Shown: positions 17,412 through 27,680, counted from the first letter of the stretch. The stretch: DNA of 64,000 nucleotides from an uncultured virus (IMG/VR IMGVR_UViG_3300025937_000005) (IMGVR_UViG_3300025937_000005), one strand, 5' to 3'. Made by a program: numbers and translations. The notes: generated by a model not told the origin, from the sequence alone.

Positions 17412-18542
17412 ATGACAGTAGCACCAATCGGTAATGGAATGTATATTGGGGCATCAGGCGACACCAAACCAACCACAGGTGTCATAACCGGTGCCCTGTT
17501 CCTGGAGAACAACACTGGTGTAATATCATACTACAACGGCACAACATGGACCGCTGTTGCTGGTGGTGGAGGCAGTGGTGAGGCCAACACCGCCGCCAAT
17601 GTTGGAACGGGAGCCGGAACCATATTCAGGGACAAGACATCCGTTACACTAAACCTAAAGACAATCAAGGCGGGAACAGGTGTCACCATAACAAACAACA
17701 CTGACGACATCACACTGGACGCAACAGGCGCAGGTGGTGGGGAGACAAACACGGCATCAAACTTTGGTTCATCAGGTACGGGACTATGGAAGGACAAGAA
17801 CGGCGTCGACCTGCGCTTTTACAAGATAGCGTCGGCAAACAATAGGTTGACAGTGGGACTAAACGGCACTGACCATATGGACCTGACTGTTAACGAGGCC
17901 AACCTTTCCATCGCCTACTCCCAACTCACATCGGTTCCAACAACAATAGTGAAGACAGACCAAACCAACTCATTTGGGGATTTTGCCCAGACCTTCAAGG
18001 ACAACCAACTAAAGATAAACAACCCCGCCGACACATTCGCATACACACTTGTGGGTGCCGCCATAGCCGCAGCGCGAAACATTACCCTTCCATTACTGAC
18101 AGGCAATGACACAATGGTTACTGAGGCGTTCGGTCAAACACTTACCACAAAAACAATCGAGACAAACAACAACACCATAAAACATTCCACAACAAACTCG
18201 GCCGGCGACCTTATGGTGAACAACGGCACGAAATTTGACAGGAAGGCAAAGGGAACAGCGTTGCAGGTGCTACGGGTCAATTCCGGCGCAACGGATGTTG
18301 AGTATGCATCCCTCAACTCTGAGAATGTGGGAACTGCCCTGGCATCAGGCAACGGCTCCACAACCACATTCAACATTGCGCATGGTCTTGGCTCCACACC
18401 CTACATGGCTTTTGTTCAGTGTTCCACCCATTCCAACACCTTCACCTTTTCATATGACGCCACCAACATCACAGTAGTTTTTGGCACGGCCCCACCATCC
18501 GGAACCAACAATGTTAAGTTCCAGTGGAAGGCAACTCTATAA
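17412..18542 (+). CDS. virion fibre-like protein, paralogue of 14639..17368
   Basis: Shares GExNT repeats, SQLTSVPTTIVKTDQ.N.FG.F and the GNGST..IAHG domain. Confidence 0.75.
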   Translation: MTVAPIGNGMYIGASGDTKPTTGVITGALFLENNTGVISYYNGTTWTAVAGGGGSGEANTAANVGTGAGTIFRDKTSVTLNLKTIKAGTGVTITNNTDDITLDATGAGGGETNTASNFGSSGTGLWKDKNGVDLRFYKIASANNRLTVGLNGTDHMDLTVNEANLSIAYSQLTSVPTTIVKTDQTNSFGDFAQTFKDNQLKINNPADTFAYTLVGAAIAAARNITLPLLTGNDTMVTEAFGQTLTTKTIETNNNTIKHSTTNSAGDLMVNNGTKFDRKAKGTALQVLRVNSGATDVEYASLNSENVGTALASGNGSTTTFNIAHGLGSTPYMAFVQCSTHSNTFTFSYDATNITVVFGTAPPSGTNNVKFQWKATL

Positions 18543-18555
18543 CAGAAGAAACAAC

Positions 18556-18975
18556 ATGCCCACCAGATGGAAACTAGACACCTGTGACTGTATCATGATA
18601 ACACAGGAAGGCGCAACCGAAAACGACTTTCCCACCTTAGTACAGGCGGAAAGCATCTGCCCAATACACAATGTGTTGGCAGATGAAACATCAGTGTTCA
18701 ACACGTTAAAGGATGAAAACCCCAGAAGAAACAAGGCGTTTCAGCACCTTTTGGACAACGGCCCCGCGGCCTTGGTCAACACAGACCCTGACACCGGAGT
18801 TAAGGTCCTAAAACCGGGGATAAGCATTGACTTTTCGTTTACCGGAACACCACCGGATAGGGTTGTAATATTGACACTTACTGGAATAACTCTCACAACA
18901 AACCAGAAGAACACAGCCCAGACCTTTCTTAACAACCGCTTTGGAGCGGGTAAGGTAACATTGGTGAACAGTTAG
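18556..18975 (+). CDS. putative fibre assembly/chaperone protein, copy 1
   Basis: TRWxxDTCxC..C..H..ENPR.N; paralogue of 21754..22182. Confidence 0.6.
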   Translation: MPTRWKLDTCDCIMITQEGATENDFPTLVQAESICPIHNVLADETSVFNTLKDENPRRNKAFQHLLDNGPAALVNTDPDTGVKVLKPGISIDFSFTGTPPDRVVILTLTGITLTTNQKNTAQTFLNNRFGAGKVTLVNS

Positions 18976-18979
18976 GAAA

Positions 18980-20272
18980 ATGGCAAAGACAATAATGGCC
19001 GGCTCTTCCTCCTCCTCCTCCTCCTCCACAGCCAACACAACACAATGGCCTACCCTTTGCGGTGACAAGGCCTTTGCGTCATCCGAGACCAATGGCCAGA
19101 TACCGGTAAGGGCCTCCGGTACACTCTCAGACTATGCTATAAGGATAAGTGCCAACTCAGTTTCAGCCTCAACTGTGATGACAGTTAGGAAGGAAGGTGC
19201 TGATACTACTATAACAGTGACAATCGGCTCTGGTGCAACAGGTATTTTTGAGGATATAACACACTCCTTCACAGTTAATGCGGGAGACCTGATAGCAGTA
19301 AGATCAGTTCCTGGTGCGGGCAGCACAGGCACATACACACTTTACAACCAGAAAATGGAGTTTGACACTGACACCTCCACCACAAAAACAGTTACAAGAC
19401 TTGGTGCAACTGTTGGCTCAATAAACACAGGACACACCACAGCCTCCACAAACTACAGTTATGCAATAGGCTCCGCCCTTCCATCAGGAGGAACAACAAA
19501 CACAACAGAGACAAATGCACAAACCACCGAACAATATTCGGCTATATACAAAAACCTGGGTGTGAGGGTAACAGCCAACTCCCGTACCACCACAACAACA
19601 GGCAGGTTCAGGAAAAACACCGCCAACGGCAACCAGTCTGTTTCAATAGGGTCGGGGGCCACAGGCTGGTTTGAGGATACCGTTAACACCGATTCCGTTG
19701 TTGCCGGCGACCTGACAAACTTCCAACTGACAACGGGAACTGGCACATCAGCATTGAGTTTAATGGGTTTTGTGATTGATTATGAGACAACAACCAACCC
19801 CGGCACTGGAAGGCTGGGATGCTCATACACAACACCCCAGGCCATTCCCTTTGATACGACCAACTATCTACCCATAATAGGAAAATTCAACGGGGTTTTT
19901 GCCTCGGAAACCAACTCCCAAATGAAACTCAATGACACATACACATTCAAGGGCCTGACCGTCACCGCCACACAAAACAATGTCAACGCAGCAAGCACGA
20001 TATTGTTGAGGGTAAATGGTGCTGACACATCTCTAAGTGTGTCAATAGCATCCAACACAATAGGAGTCTTCTCAGACCTTGTACATACCGTCACAATAGC
20101 AGCCGGCGACCTGGTTAACTTTAAGATTGTGGTAGCAACGGGTGGATCAGGTGATACATTGACACTAACATCTATTGGAATATGGACTGAGATAGCCGGG
20201 GCATCCACATTTATAACTGCCACCCCCACATCAAAGACAGTTACCAACAAGTTCATAACGCACTATCCATAA
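18980..20272 (+). CDS. beta-rich structural protein with three internal repeats
   Basis: Three copies of R..GA.T....I....TG.F.D.....V.AGDL. Confidence 0.7.
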   Translation: MAKTIMAGSSSSSSSSTANTTQWPTLCGDKAFASSETNGQIPVRASGTLSDYAIRISANSVSASTVMTVRKEGADTTITVTIGSGATGIFEDITHSFTVNAGDLIAVRSVPGAGSTGTYTLYNQKMEFDTDTSTTKTVTRLGATVGSINTGHTTASTNYSYAIGSALPSGGTTNTTETNAQTTEQYSAIYKNLGVRVTANSRTTTTTGRFRKNTANGNQSVSIGSGATGWFEDTVNTDSVVAGDLTNFQLTTGTGTSALSLMGFVIDYETTTNPGTGRLGCSYTTPQAIPFDTTNYLPIIGKFNGVFASETNSQMKLNDTYTFKGLTVTATQNNVNAASTILLRVNGADTSLSVSIASNTIGVFSDLVHTVTIAAGDLVNFKIVVATGGSGDTLTLTSIGIWTEIAGASTFITATPTSKTVTNKFITHYP

Positions 20273-20285
20273 ACCAAACTATACA

Positions 20286-20669
20286 ATGCCAATAACCCCT
20301 GAACTTGGAGTGCGCAAGTCATACGCCCCATCAACAGCCTACACCAGAACGATACAGAACACGGTACTTGAGTTGGACAACAACCCATTCCATGTTCTTA
20401 ATGGCCAGGGCAAATGGTCATCACTCAACGCAGAAACCACCGGGACCGCATTGGGTTCCGGCAACGGCATAACCCAGGTCTACACAATAGCACATGGCCT
20501 GAATGCCACGGTTCCATACTGCTGTTTTGTCTCAGTTTCATCTGTTGACGGCAGTGACATACCCATATCATGGGAGTATGACGAGAGTTTCATTACCGTG
20601 TTGTTCAAGACGGCACCACCTGTTGGAACCAATAACCTTACATTTCAGTGGCGCGCCGTGGCTCCCTAA
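20286..20669 (+). CDS. small structural protein with GNG..IAHGL domain
   Basis: Matches the C-terminus of 17412..18542 (APP.GTNN..FQW.A). Confidence 0.7.
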   Translation: MPITPELGVRKSYAPSTAYTRTIQNTVLELDNNPFHVLNGQGKWSSLNAETTGTALGSGNGITQVYTIAHGLNATVPYCCFVSVSSVDGSDIPISWEYDESFITVLFKTAPPVGTNNLTFQWRAVAP

Positions 20670-20725
20670 CCAATCTGATACATTTTAATAATTATTATCA
20701 TTCATTCCTATATGTAATAGTATAT

Positions 20726-21121
20726 ATGTCATCAACTTCAAATCAAGCGGCGGCAAAACCAGCAGCCCCAATAGGCGGCAATTTCAAGTGCCCCCTACAT
20801 GGAATAGACACCAATGATGTTAACGAGTGGAACAACCACTGTTCAGACCCAAAAAACAACCACACAGAATCAGGCACCACATTATGCATAGGATGCAATG
20901 AAACACTGGTTTATGATAACATTCCCTTCCACAAAATAGACAAGGCGGGAAGCAAAAACATCCAGTTAAGGTGTGATGAATGTAACGAGTCAATCAATGA
21001 ATCATACAAGAACAAGTCAATCAGGAAACTAAAGAACCCCCAAGCCCAAACTCAACAGCCTAACCAAAACCAGGAAGCAGCAACAACAACAACATGGACA
21101 GAAAGGAAGCCATCACAATGA
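20726..21121 (+). CDS. Zn-binding hypothetical protein
   Basis: CPLH..HC..H..CIGC..CDEC; start after TATA-rich 20690-20725. Confidence 0.7.
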   Translation: MSSTSNQAAAKPAAPIGGNFKCPLHGIDTNDVNEWNNHCSDPKNNHTESGTTLCIGCNETLVYDNIPFHKIDKAGSKNIQLRCDECNESINESYKNKSIRKLKNPQAQTQQPNQNQEAATTTTWTERKPSQ

Positions 21122-21675
21122 CAACCACCAATAACAACACCAATATCCAAACACTGGAATCATGCATGAAACTAAGGCAATCCAAGTATGAAGGGAAACC
21201 GATTGCCCACACCTACTGGAATGTCACTGTTTTCAAAAAGGATGGCTCTGTCAAAAAGGTTGCCGACTTTGAGCATAACGTCTTCACCTCAGCCTGTATC
21301 GACAAGATACACAAGATGGCGTTCATCGACACATCAGCGGCGGAAAGGGGATTTGGTGCAATCGCATTGACAGCAGACACAGGACAGACCATAAATGCAG
21401 CCCAAACCGCATTGACAGGTGAAATCACAACAAACGGTTTGGCAAGGGTGGAGGCCGGAACCAAAACCCACACAGCAGGAACCAACACATCTCTTGTGGA
21501 GCACACCTTCACACTGTCAGGCACACAATCCGACATTACCCGTGCAGCCCTATTTAATGTCACATCAGCCCCAGTCTCTGGAACAATGGGGCCGTTTGCG
21601 GCCTTCTCAACGGCAACGGGACAGATGGTTTCAGGGGAGACAGTAAAGGTTTCGATAACCATAACAACTAGTTAA
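21118..21675 (+). CDS. virion structural protein (tail-collar/fibre-base-like)
   Basis: IAL..DT....QTALTGEI...LARV..ITRAALFN pattern; related to 44470..45153. Confidence 0.6.
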   Translation: MTTTNNNTNIQTLESCMKLRQSKYEGKPIAHTYWNVTVFKKDGSVKKVADFEHNVFTSACIDKIHKMAFIDTSAAERGFGAIALTADTGQTINAAQTALTGEITTNGLARVEAGTKTHTAGTNTSLVEHTFTLSGTQSDITRAALFNVTSAPVSGTMGPFAAFSTATGQMVSGETVKVSITITTS

Positions 21676-21753
21676 GAGTAACCTGACAACCCAATTTCTT
21701 TTATTTCACTGTTATTTCTTTTTATCATTCTAGACCAGACTATACTATATAAC

Positions 21754-22182
21754 ATGGCGATTAAAACGACCAGATGGTCCCCTGACACATGCGGATGTGT
21801 AATCGAATACACATGGGATGACTCATTACCAAATGACCAGATATCAACAACACCATCAAACGTGATAACACGGTGCAGTGCACACACAACACTTGCCAAC
21901 AATACTGCTGTGTTCAACACGCTTTTTGAGGAAAACCCAAGAAAGAACATATCATTTCAACATATATTGGATAATGCACCCACAACGCTTTTTGACGTGA
22001 ATACTGATGGCAGCAGACAATTGAAGGCTGGCATGAGCATAAGTTGGGCATGGACAGGAACCGCACCCAATAGGGTGATAACGTTAACGGTTAAGGGGAT
22101 AACACTGACCACAAACCAGAAGAACACAATACAGTCAGCGTTAAACAGCAGATTTGGAATAGGAAAGGTCGTGATAGCCTAA
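21754..22182 (+). CDS. putative fibre assembly/chaperone protein, copy 2
   Basis: Full-length paralogue of 18556..18975. Confidence 0.65.
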   Translation: MAIKTTRWSPDTCGCVIEYTWDDSLPNDQISTTPSNVITRCSAHTTLANNTAVFNTLFEENPRKNISFQHILDNAPTTLFDVNTDGSRQLKAGMSISWAWTGTAPNRVITLTVKGITLTTNQKNTIQSALNSRFGIGKVVIA

Positions 22183-25001
22183 TAGCAAAGACAATACTTT
22201 CTGGGGCATCACAATCAGACACGGCTTCAACTGTAAACACAACACAATGGCCTACCCTTTGCGGCGACAAGATATTTGCCTCTTCTGAGGCCAACGGTCA
22301 GGTGGTGATGAGAACTGCTGGCACTGTATATGGTCTTGCTGCAAGGCTTCAAACCAACTCTGTTAACAATAACACTGTGTTTATGCTGCGTAAGAATGGT
22401 GCGGATACTACCCTTACGTTTACAGTGGCAACAACAGCCACCGGATTATTCGAGGACACAACCCATACTGAAACAATAGCGGCGGGTGACCTGCTTGTTC
22501 TAAGATCAGTTCCGGCATCTGGGTCAACAGGCACCTTTTCACTTCTATACACAAAAACAGAGTTTGACACAACCGCGTCAACAACAAACACCACTACCAG
22601 AATAGGCACAACTGTTGGCTCACTAAACACCGGGCACACAACCGCGTCAACCACATGGTACTACCAGCCACAGTCTGCAATACCCACCGGAAGCACGGTA
22701 AACACAACAGAATCCACATCACAGATAAAACAACAATATTCCGCAACATTCAAAAACTTCGGTGTAAAATTTACCACAAACTCCAGAACAACAACCACAA
22801 CTGCCAGATTGAGAAAAAACACAGCGAATGGGAACATGTCGGTTGCGGTCACGGCCGGAACCACTGGATGGGTTGAGGATACCGTTAACACCGATTCCGT
22901 TGTTGCCGGCGACCTGGTTAACTATTCATTAACAACAGGAACGGGAACACAGGCGTTATCGATACTTGGATTTGTGTGTGACTATGTTACAACAACAAAT
23001 CCGGGCACAGGTCATGCCACATTGGGATACACAAGTGCCCAGTCCATATCAAAAGCAACAACCAACTATCTTGCTCTATTGGGTAAATACAACACGGCAT
23101 TAACAACAGAGGCATTAGCACAGTTCAAACTCAATGACACATACACATTCAAGGGCCTGACCGTAAACATCACGGCAAATTCAATAGCCGCCACAAGCAC
23201 AGTGACATTTAGGGTTAATGGCGTAAACTCTGCCATGGCTGTAACAATCACATCATCAGGAACAGGAGCATTTCAGGACACCACAAACACCGTAACCATA
23301 GCCTCTGGTGACCTTGTTAACAGCGTAATAGTAACAGGAACATCTAGTGGAACAGTAACATTATCAGTTAAGCAAGTAAGTGTGTGGACAGAGATAGCAT
23401 CAAGCATTAGAAACCTGACGGTGACTTTGGGACCTTCACTTACACTGGCTGACACCTATGCAAGGGTAAGGAACAGGCAAACCTCACTGTCACCCTCACT
23501 CACAATATCCGACTCCAACACCAGATTGAGGTTCAGGCCAAAAACACTGAGTGACTCCCTTACCATATCAGACTCCAACACAAGGGTTAGGGGCAGGTGG
23601 AGAACTGTATCAGACTCGGTTTCCCTGACTGCGCCACTGACCAAACTCACAACAAGGCTGAGGACGCTTGCGCCTTCACTTACACTGGCTGACACCTATT
23701 CAAGACTAAGATACAGGTCAAAAACCCTATCCGGCTCTATCACCCTATCTGACAGTTACGCAAGGCTGAGGTTAAGGGTGACAACATTAAGTGACTCTTT
23801 CACTTTATCGTCAACACATGCTCAATTGAGAAACAAACTGAGAACCCTATCCGGCTCCATTACACTATCTGATTCACTTGCAAGGCTAAGAGACAAGTTG
23901 CGTTCACTGTCACCAAGTTTAACACTTTCAGATTCCCCATCACGACTCACAACAAGGTTAAGAGTCTTGTCCCACTCCCTGACACTATCAGATTCCCATT
24001 CCAGGTTAAGGCTAAGAATAAAAACAATAACCGATTCAATTGCATTGTCATCAACCCTTGCTGACCTGAGAGACAAGGTAAGAGCCATTACAGGTTCAGT
24101 TTCTTTGGTGGATTCACTGGTGAGGCTTCGCTACAGACCAAAAACCCTGTCGGATTCCGTTGAACTTTCTGATTCTAATTCCATGACAAGGGGTAAATTG
24201 GGTGAACTGTCCGAATCACTGGGTTTGACTGATTCATTGCAGCAAGTACGGGGGTTACTTAGTTCATTCTCTGATTCTGTTGATATATCATCAACCGCCT
24301 CCAAACTCACCACAAGACTAAGAACACTGTCACAATCCATATCATTAACTGACCAGTTGACCAAGGGAAGTGAAAAGGTAGCCAGTCTATCTCATTCATT
24401 AACCCTGTCCGATTCACTCGGCAGCCTAACCTCAAGACTAAGGGTCATATCAGATTCACTGGCAATTGCGACCACCTCCATAACCAGGTCTGTTTCCAAA
24501 ATGAGGACACTAACTGACTCCATATCCTTTTCTGGAACCGCACAGCAAATCAAGGAGGGTTTTGGTCGATTCCTAAACCATTCCCTGTCACTGAATGACA
24601 CATTATCAAAACAAACCACCAGAATCAGGGTTTTGGTAGCCACTCTGGGATTGTCAGACACTTTTATTCGCCTTAAAACTATTACCAGGGAATTGTCAAC
24701 CGGTTTTGCATTGTCAGACAGCAGTATGGAAAGTGTTAGGGGTAAATACCGTTCAATGGAGGAATCCGGCCCGACATTTTCGCATTTTCTGGACAGGATG
24801 ACTACCAGGGTTAGAAACATAACTGAAAACATTCAGATAGCAACGGCACACACCAGAATAACATCCAGAATCAGGGCATTGGCAGAATCCAAGACCTTCA
24901 TTGCCATACCGTCATTTATCAAGGGTGGTGTGGGTATTGGTGTGCTTCCAACAACAGCGTTCATCAAGCATTTGACCAACAAGTTTATCTTTAAAAGATG
25001 A
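22182..25001 (+). CDS. structural protein, paralogue of 18980..20272 with a long 20-aa repeat stalk
   Basis: Homology extends 40 codons upstream of the called GTG (22302) to ATA at 22182; about 25 copies of LTLSDS..RLR.R..TLSDS. Confidence 0.75.
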   Translation: MAKTILSGASQSDTASTVNTTQWPTLCGDKIFASSEANGQVVMRTAGTVYGLAARLQTNSVNNNTVFMLRKNGADTTLTFTVATTATGLFEDTTHTETIAAGDLLVLRSVPASGSTGTFSLLYTKTEFDTTASTTNTTTRIGTTVGSLNTGHTTASTTWYYQPQSAIPTGSTVNTTESTSQIKQQYSATFKNFGVKFTTNSRTTTTTARLRKNTANGNMSVAVTAGTTGWVEDTVNTDSVVAGDLVNYSLTTGTGTQALSILGFVCDYVTTTNPGTGHATLGYTSAQSISKATTNYLALLGKYNTALTTEALAQFKLNDTYTFKGLTVNITANSIAATSTVTFRVNGVNSAMAVTITSSGTGAFQDTTNTVTIASGDLVNSVIVTGTSSGTVTLSVKQVSVWTEIASSIRNLTVTLGPSLTLADTYARVRNRQTSLSPSLTISDSNTRLRFRPKTLSDSLTISDSNTRVRGRWRTVSDSVSLTAPLTKLTTRLRTLAPSLTLADTYSRLRYRSKTLSGSITLSDSYARLRLRVTTLSDSFTLSSTHAQLRNKLRTLSGSITLSDSLARLRDKLRSLSPSLTLSDSPSRLTTRLRVLSHSLTLSDSHSRLRLRIKTITDSIALSSTLADLRDKVRAITGSVSLVDSLVRLRYRPKTLSDSVELSDSNSMTRGKLGELSESLGLTDSLQQVRGLLSSFSDSVDISSTASKLTTRLRTLSQSISLTDQLTKGSEKVASLSHSLTLSDSLGSLTSRLRVISDSLAIATTSITRSVSKMRTLTDSISFSGTAQQIKEGFGRFLNHSLSLNDTLSKQTTRIRVLVATLGLSDTFIRLKTITRELSTGFALSDSSMESVRGKYRSMEESGPTFSHFLDRMTTRVRNITENIQIATAHTRITSRIRALAESKTFIAIPSFIKGGVGIGVLPTTAFIKHLTNKFIFKR
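23410..24890 (+). repeat. intragenic degenerate 60-bp (20-aa) tandem repeat
   Basis: LTLADTYARVRNRQTSLSPS / LTISDSNTRLRFRPKTLSDS / LTISDSNTRVRGRWRTVSDS ... Confidence 0.85.
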
Positions 25002-25040
25002 AAACTTTAATACCAATTTACCTAAACCCATATTGTTAAA

Positions 25041-25361
25041 ATGTCCAAGTCAAAAGAAAACGAAAATATAGTGAACTCGGCCATAGACGCAGAACAACAA
25101 GTGGAACAACAACAACCGAATACAACAACAACAAAAGAAAAGACAGTGACAATACCAGTTGACCAGTATGACGCACTGATGCAATCCAACCTGAATTCCC
25201 ACCTTTTCACATTGGACAACCTGGATGACTGGGACAAGATGATTGCAACCATGGCAAACTGCCAGATATTCGCCATGAACATCAAGGAAAAGATAAAAAA
25301 GAAACAGTTGCCTTCACTGAACAAGCCGGAAAACCAACAAACTGACAAAACAAATGCGTAA
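25041..25361 (+). CDS. hypothetical protein
   Basis: 106-aa ORF overlapping the next gene. Confidence 0.65.
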   Translation: MSKSKENENIVNSAIDAEQQVEQQQPNTTTTKEKTVTIPVDQYDALMQSNLNSHLFTLDNLDDWDKMIATMANCQIFAMNIKEKIKKKQLPSLNKPENQQTDKTNA

Positions 25362-26058
25362 CAAGTTTCTGTTTGTAATTCCATCTCCCAGGGACATAGC
25401 AGAGGTCAAGCAGCCCATAGTGGATTTGCTTTATGGAAAGCATGATGTCCTATGGATGAAATACTATCCAGAACTGGAGGCATACCAAAAGGCCCGCGCC
25501 TACTTTCTAAACTCACCCAAAAACTATGACTACATGTGTATCATACCTGATGACTTGGCAATCAATGATGACGGCCTAAGAAACCTGTTCAGGGAACTTG
25601 AAAACCCATCCCTTGACATGGTGCAATGGGGGGGCAACTATCCAGTTTTGGCGGGAATCTGCAACCTTTCATACATCAATGAGGAACAGATGGAAAAGGT
25701 GGCGGCATCCATATCGTCAACCCTATCCCAATACCTGCTGACTTTCAGGGCATTGGAGGGAATGAATGACAGTGTGATAAAATGCGCCTGGATTGGGTTC
25801 TCATGTGAGTTTATCCACCGCTCCGTATTGGAAAGGATAGACTTTAGACAGTTTCCGGAGTTGGGGATAGACAACACCTTTTCAGACTCACTAATCAAGA
25901 AAAAAATTCCACAGTATATTTTGAAAACTGCTCGATTTACTCATTATAAAGGCTTAAGTGTAAAGTTTAAGAACGCCTTGTCAACCAACCCAGACGTAAT
26001 ATTAACCGGTGTCAAGAAGCCCCATGTTATCTATGTGGATTCACAAGTTTCTGAATAA
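25354..26058 (+). CDS. GT-A fold glycosyltransferase-like protein
   Basis: FVIPSPR, AR..FL..YDYMCIIPDD, WIGFSCEFIHRSVLERI, GIDNTF. Confidence 0.65.
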   Translation: MRNKFLFVIPSPRDIAEVKQPIVDLLYGKHDVLWMKYYPELEAYQKARAYFLNSPKNYDYMCIIPDDLAINDDGLRNLFRELENPSLDMVQWGGNYPVLAGICNLSYINEEQMEKVAASISSTLSQYLLTFRALEGMNDSVIKCAWIGFSCEFIHRSVLERIDFRQFPELGIDNTFSDSLIKKKIPQYILKTARFTHYKGLSVKFKNALSTNPDVILTGVKKPHVIYVDSQVSE

Positions 26059-26097
26059 ATAGTTAGTATATTGTAAAAAGGGTAAATACCCTTTATA

Positions 26098-27630
26098 TTG
26101 AGCCAAGTTTTACAGCAGCAATACCCCCGTATCATTGACGTTTCCACTTCACCATGTGGAAAGGAAACCTATGTGAAAATGTTTATGATGGATGAGACAG
26201 TCAACAAAAACTTTTGGCATGTGCCCACCAACACAATGAAAAAATACGCCTCTTCCTTCATATCCAGACCCTGGATAGTTCATCCCTCCGGCGACCATCC
26301 CCAATACATCAAGGAGGGGGTTGTCCACAACTCACCCACCTTCATAGACGACATTTTGGACGTTCAGAACCGTTACAAGGCCGGGGACATTGTTGATGTG
26401 ACCTACGAACCTAACAAGGACAGGCCAAACACCATGGGCTGGTATGCCACTGTCAGGGTAACCAACCAGGACATATACAACAAGATTAAATCGGGTGCCA
26501 TATCTCCATATGTATCACCACAGGTTTATGACCTGTCAAAGGCGATGCCGGGGGAGCCAACCACAGAGTTCATACCCTTGCATATTGCTACTGTTAACGA
26601 GCCAGCGTACGGCAACATAGCAAGAATAAGGGCATCCTGTAATGGAACTGGCCCCACCTGCCTAACTGCCTTAAAGTCGGCGGCATTGCAGGTAATCAAT
26701 GCCATCGATGACAGCAACAACAGCAACAATAGTAGAGGTGATAGTAATAGTTCCTTTCAGAAAAATTTCAGTAACAATACAGATAGATTGACTAACCCAA
26801 ATTACATTGACCCCAATCAAACAGGACAGATTCTAGCCAACCAGGGCTATAATCCTTATAACAACAACAATGACCAAGGCGGACAGCAACAGTTCTTGTC
26901 ACAAAAAACCCAGGTTCAAGAGGTAGATGCCAATGGCAATCTGATCACTCGAACCGAGGATAAAAAACCAAGACCTGTTCAACAACAACAATCACAACAA
27001 CAAGTAAACAACAAACCAAACATTATCGCAACGCCTGAAACTTCACAAGGTCAACCATCACAACAAGCACAACAACAACAGCCAGTCCAAACAGCCCCAG
27101 CAGCAGCAGCCATTCCAGTCGCAGCCGCACCAGTCATAGACCCAAACAGCACTCCACAACTGCCAGCCGAGTTTTTGGAGCAACTAAAGGGATTGCAGGC
27201 CGGACTAACAGGAATCACAGAACGACTAAACAACGTTGAAAACTTCAAGAAATCAGCCGAGGATGAGAAAATCAAGGCAGCATCAGAAGAGCAAAGAAAG
27301 ATAATAGAGTCAGTTTTCACACCCGAAGTCATCGCAGACGAAAACGCAAGACAGGATGTGGTAAACTACTTTGTTGGCTTGCCCCTGGCAGATGAAGACC
27401 TGAAAAGAATACTCGACATGATAGTTACCGGAACATTCAGTTCAGCAGGCGGAAACAACAACCAAACCCCAGCCGCAGCACCATCAAAGAAAGCAACAGC
27501 ACAGGGTGGACTGAAACAGGCATCAATCAACCGACTGGTAATGAACCAAGTGCAGGACAACTACAGGGGCACGGCACCAATCTCAATGGCAAAAAGATTC
27601 TTCTCTGACATTGCAGTGGAGAACATCTAG
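26098..27630 (+). CDS. prohead protease fused to scaffolding domain
   Basis: SFISRPWIVH..DH, KIKSGAISPYVSP, LHIATVNEPAY; then Q/N-rich linker and helical C-terminus; upstream of the capsid gene. Confidence 0.75.
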   Translation: MSQVLQQQYPRIIDVSTSPCGKETYVKMFMMDETVNKNFWHVPTNTMKKYASSFISRPWIVHPSGDHPQYIKEGVVHNSPTFIDDILDVQNRYKAGDIVDVTYEPNKDRPNTMGWYATVRVTNQDIYNKIKSGAISPYVSPQVYDLSKAMPGEPTTEFIPLHIATVNEPAYGNIARIRASCNGTGPTCLTALKSAALQVINAIDDSNNSNNSRGDSNSSFQKNFSNNTDRLTNPNYIDPNQTGQILANQGYNPYNNNNDQGGQQQFLSQKTQVQEVDANGNLITRTEDKKPRPVQQQQSQQQVNNKPNIIATPETSQGQPSQQAQQQQPVQTAPAAAAIPVAAAPVIDPNSTPQLPAEFLEQLKGLQAGLTGITERLNNVENFKKSAEDEKIKAASEEQRKIIESVFTPEVIADENARQDVVNYFVGLPLADEDLKRILDMIVTGTFSSAGGNNNQTPAAAPSKKATAQGGLKQASINRLVMNQVQDNYRGTAPISMAKRFFSDIAVENI

Positions 27631-27680
27631 GTTTCCTCCGCACTATAGTTATTGATAAGGAGAAAAGAGGTTAAAAAATC

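Noticed and set aside
18980..23400. Diversity-generating retroelement TR/VR pair
   Set aside because: No reverse transcriptase in the window; both copies are coding and differences are not adenine-specific
14656..24832. Many long antisense ORFs here and opposite the TMP and giant gene
   Set aside because: Shadows of ACA/ACC-rich Thr/Ser/Gly codons on the coding strand; no motifs
23410..24890. CRISPR-like periodic array
   Set aside because: Degenerate in-frame 60-bp coding repeat with no constant repeat and unique spacer structure
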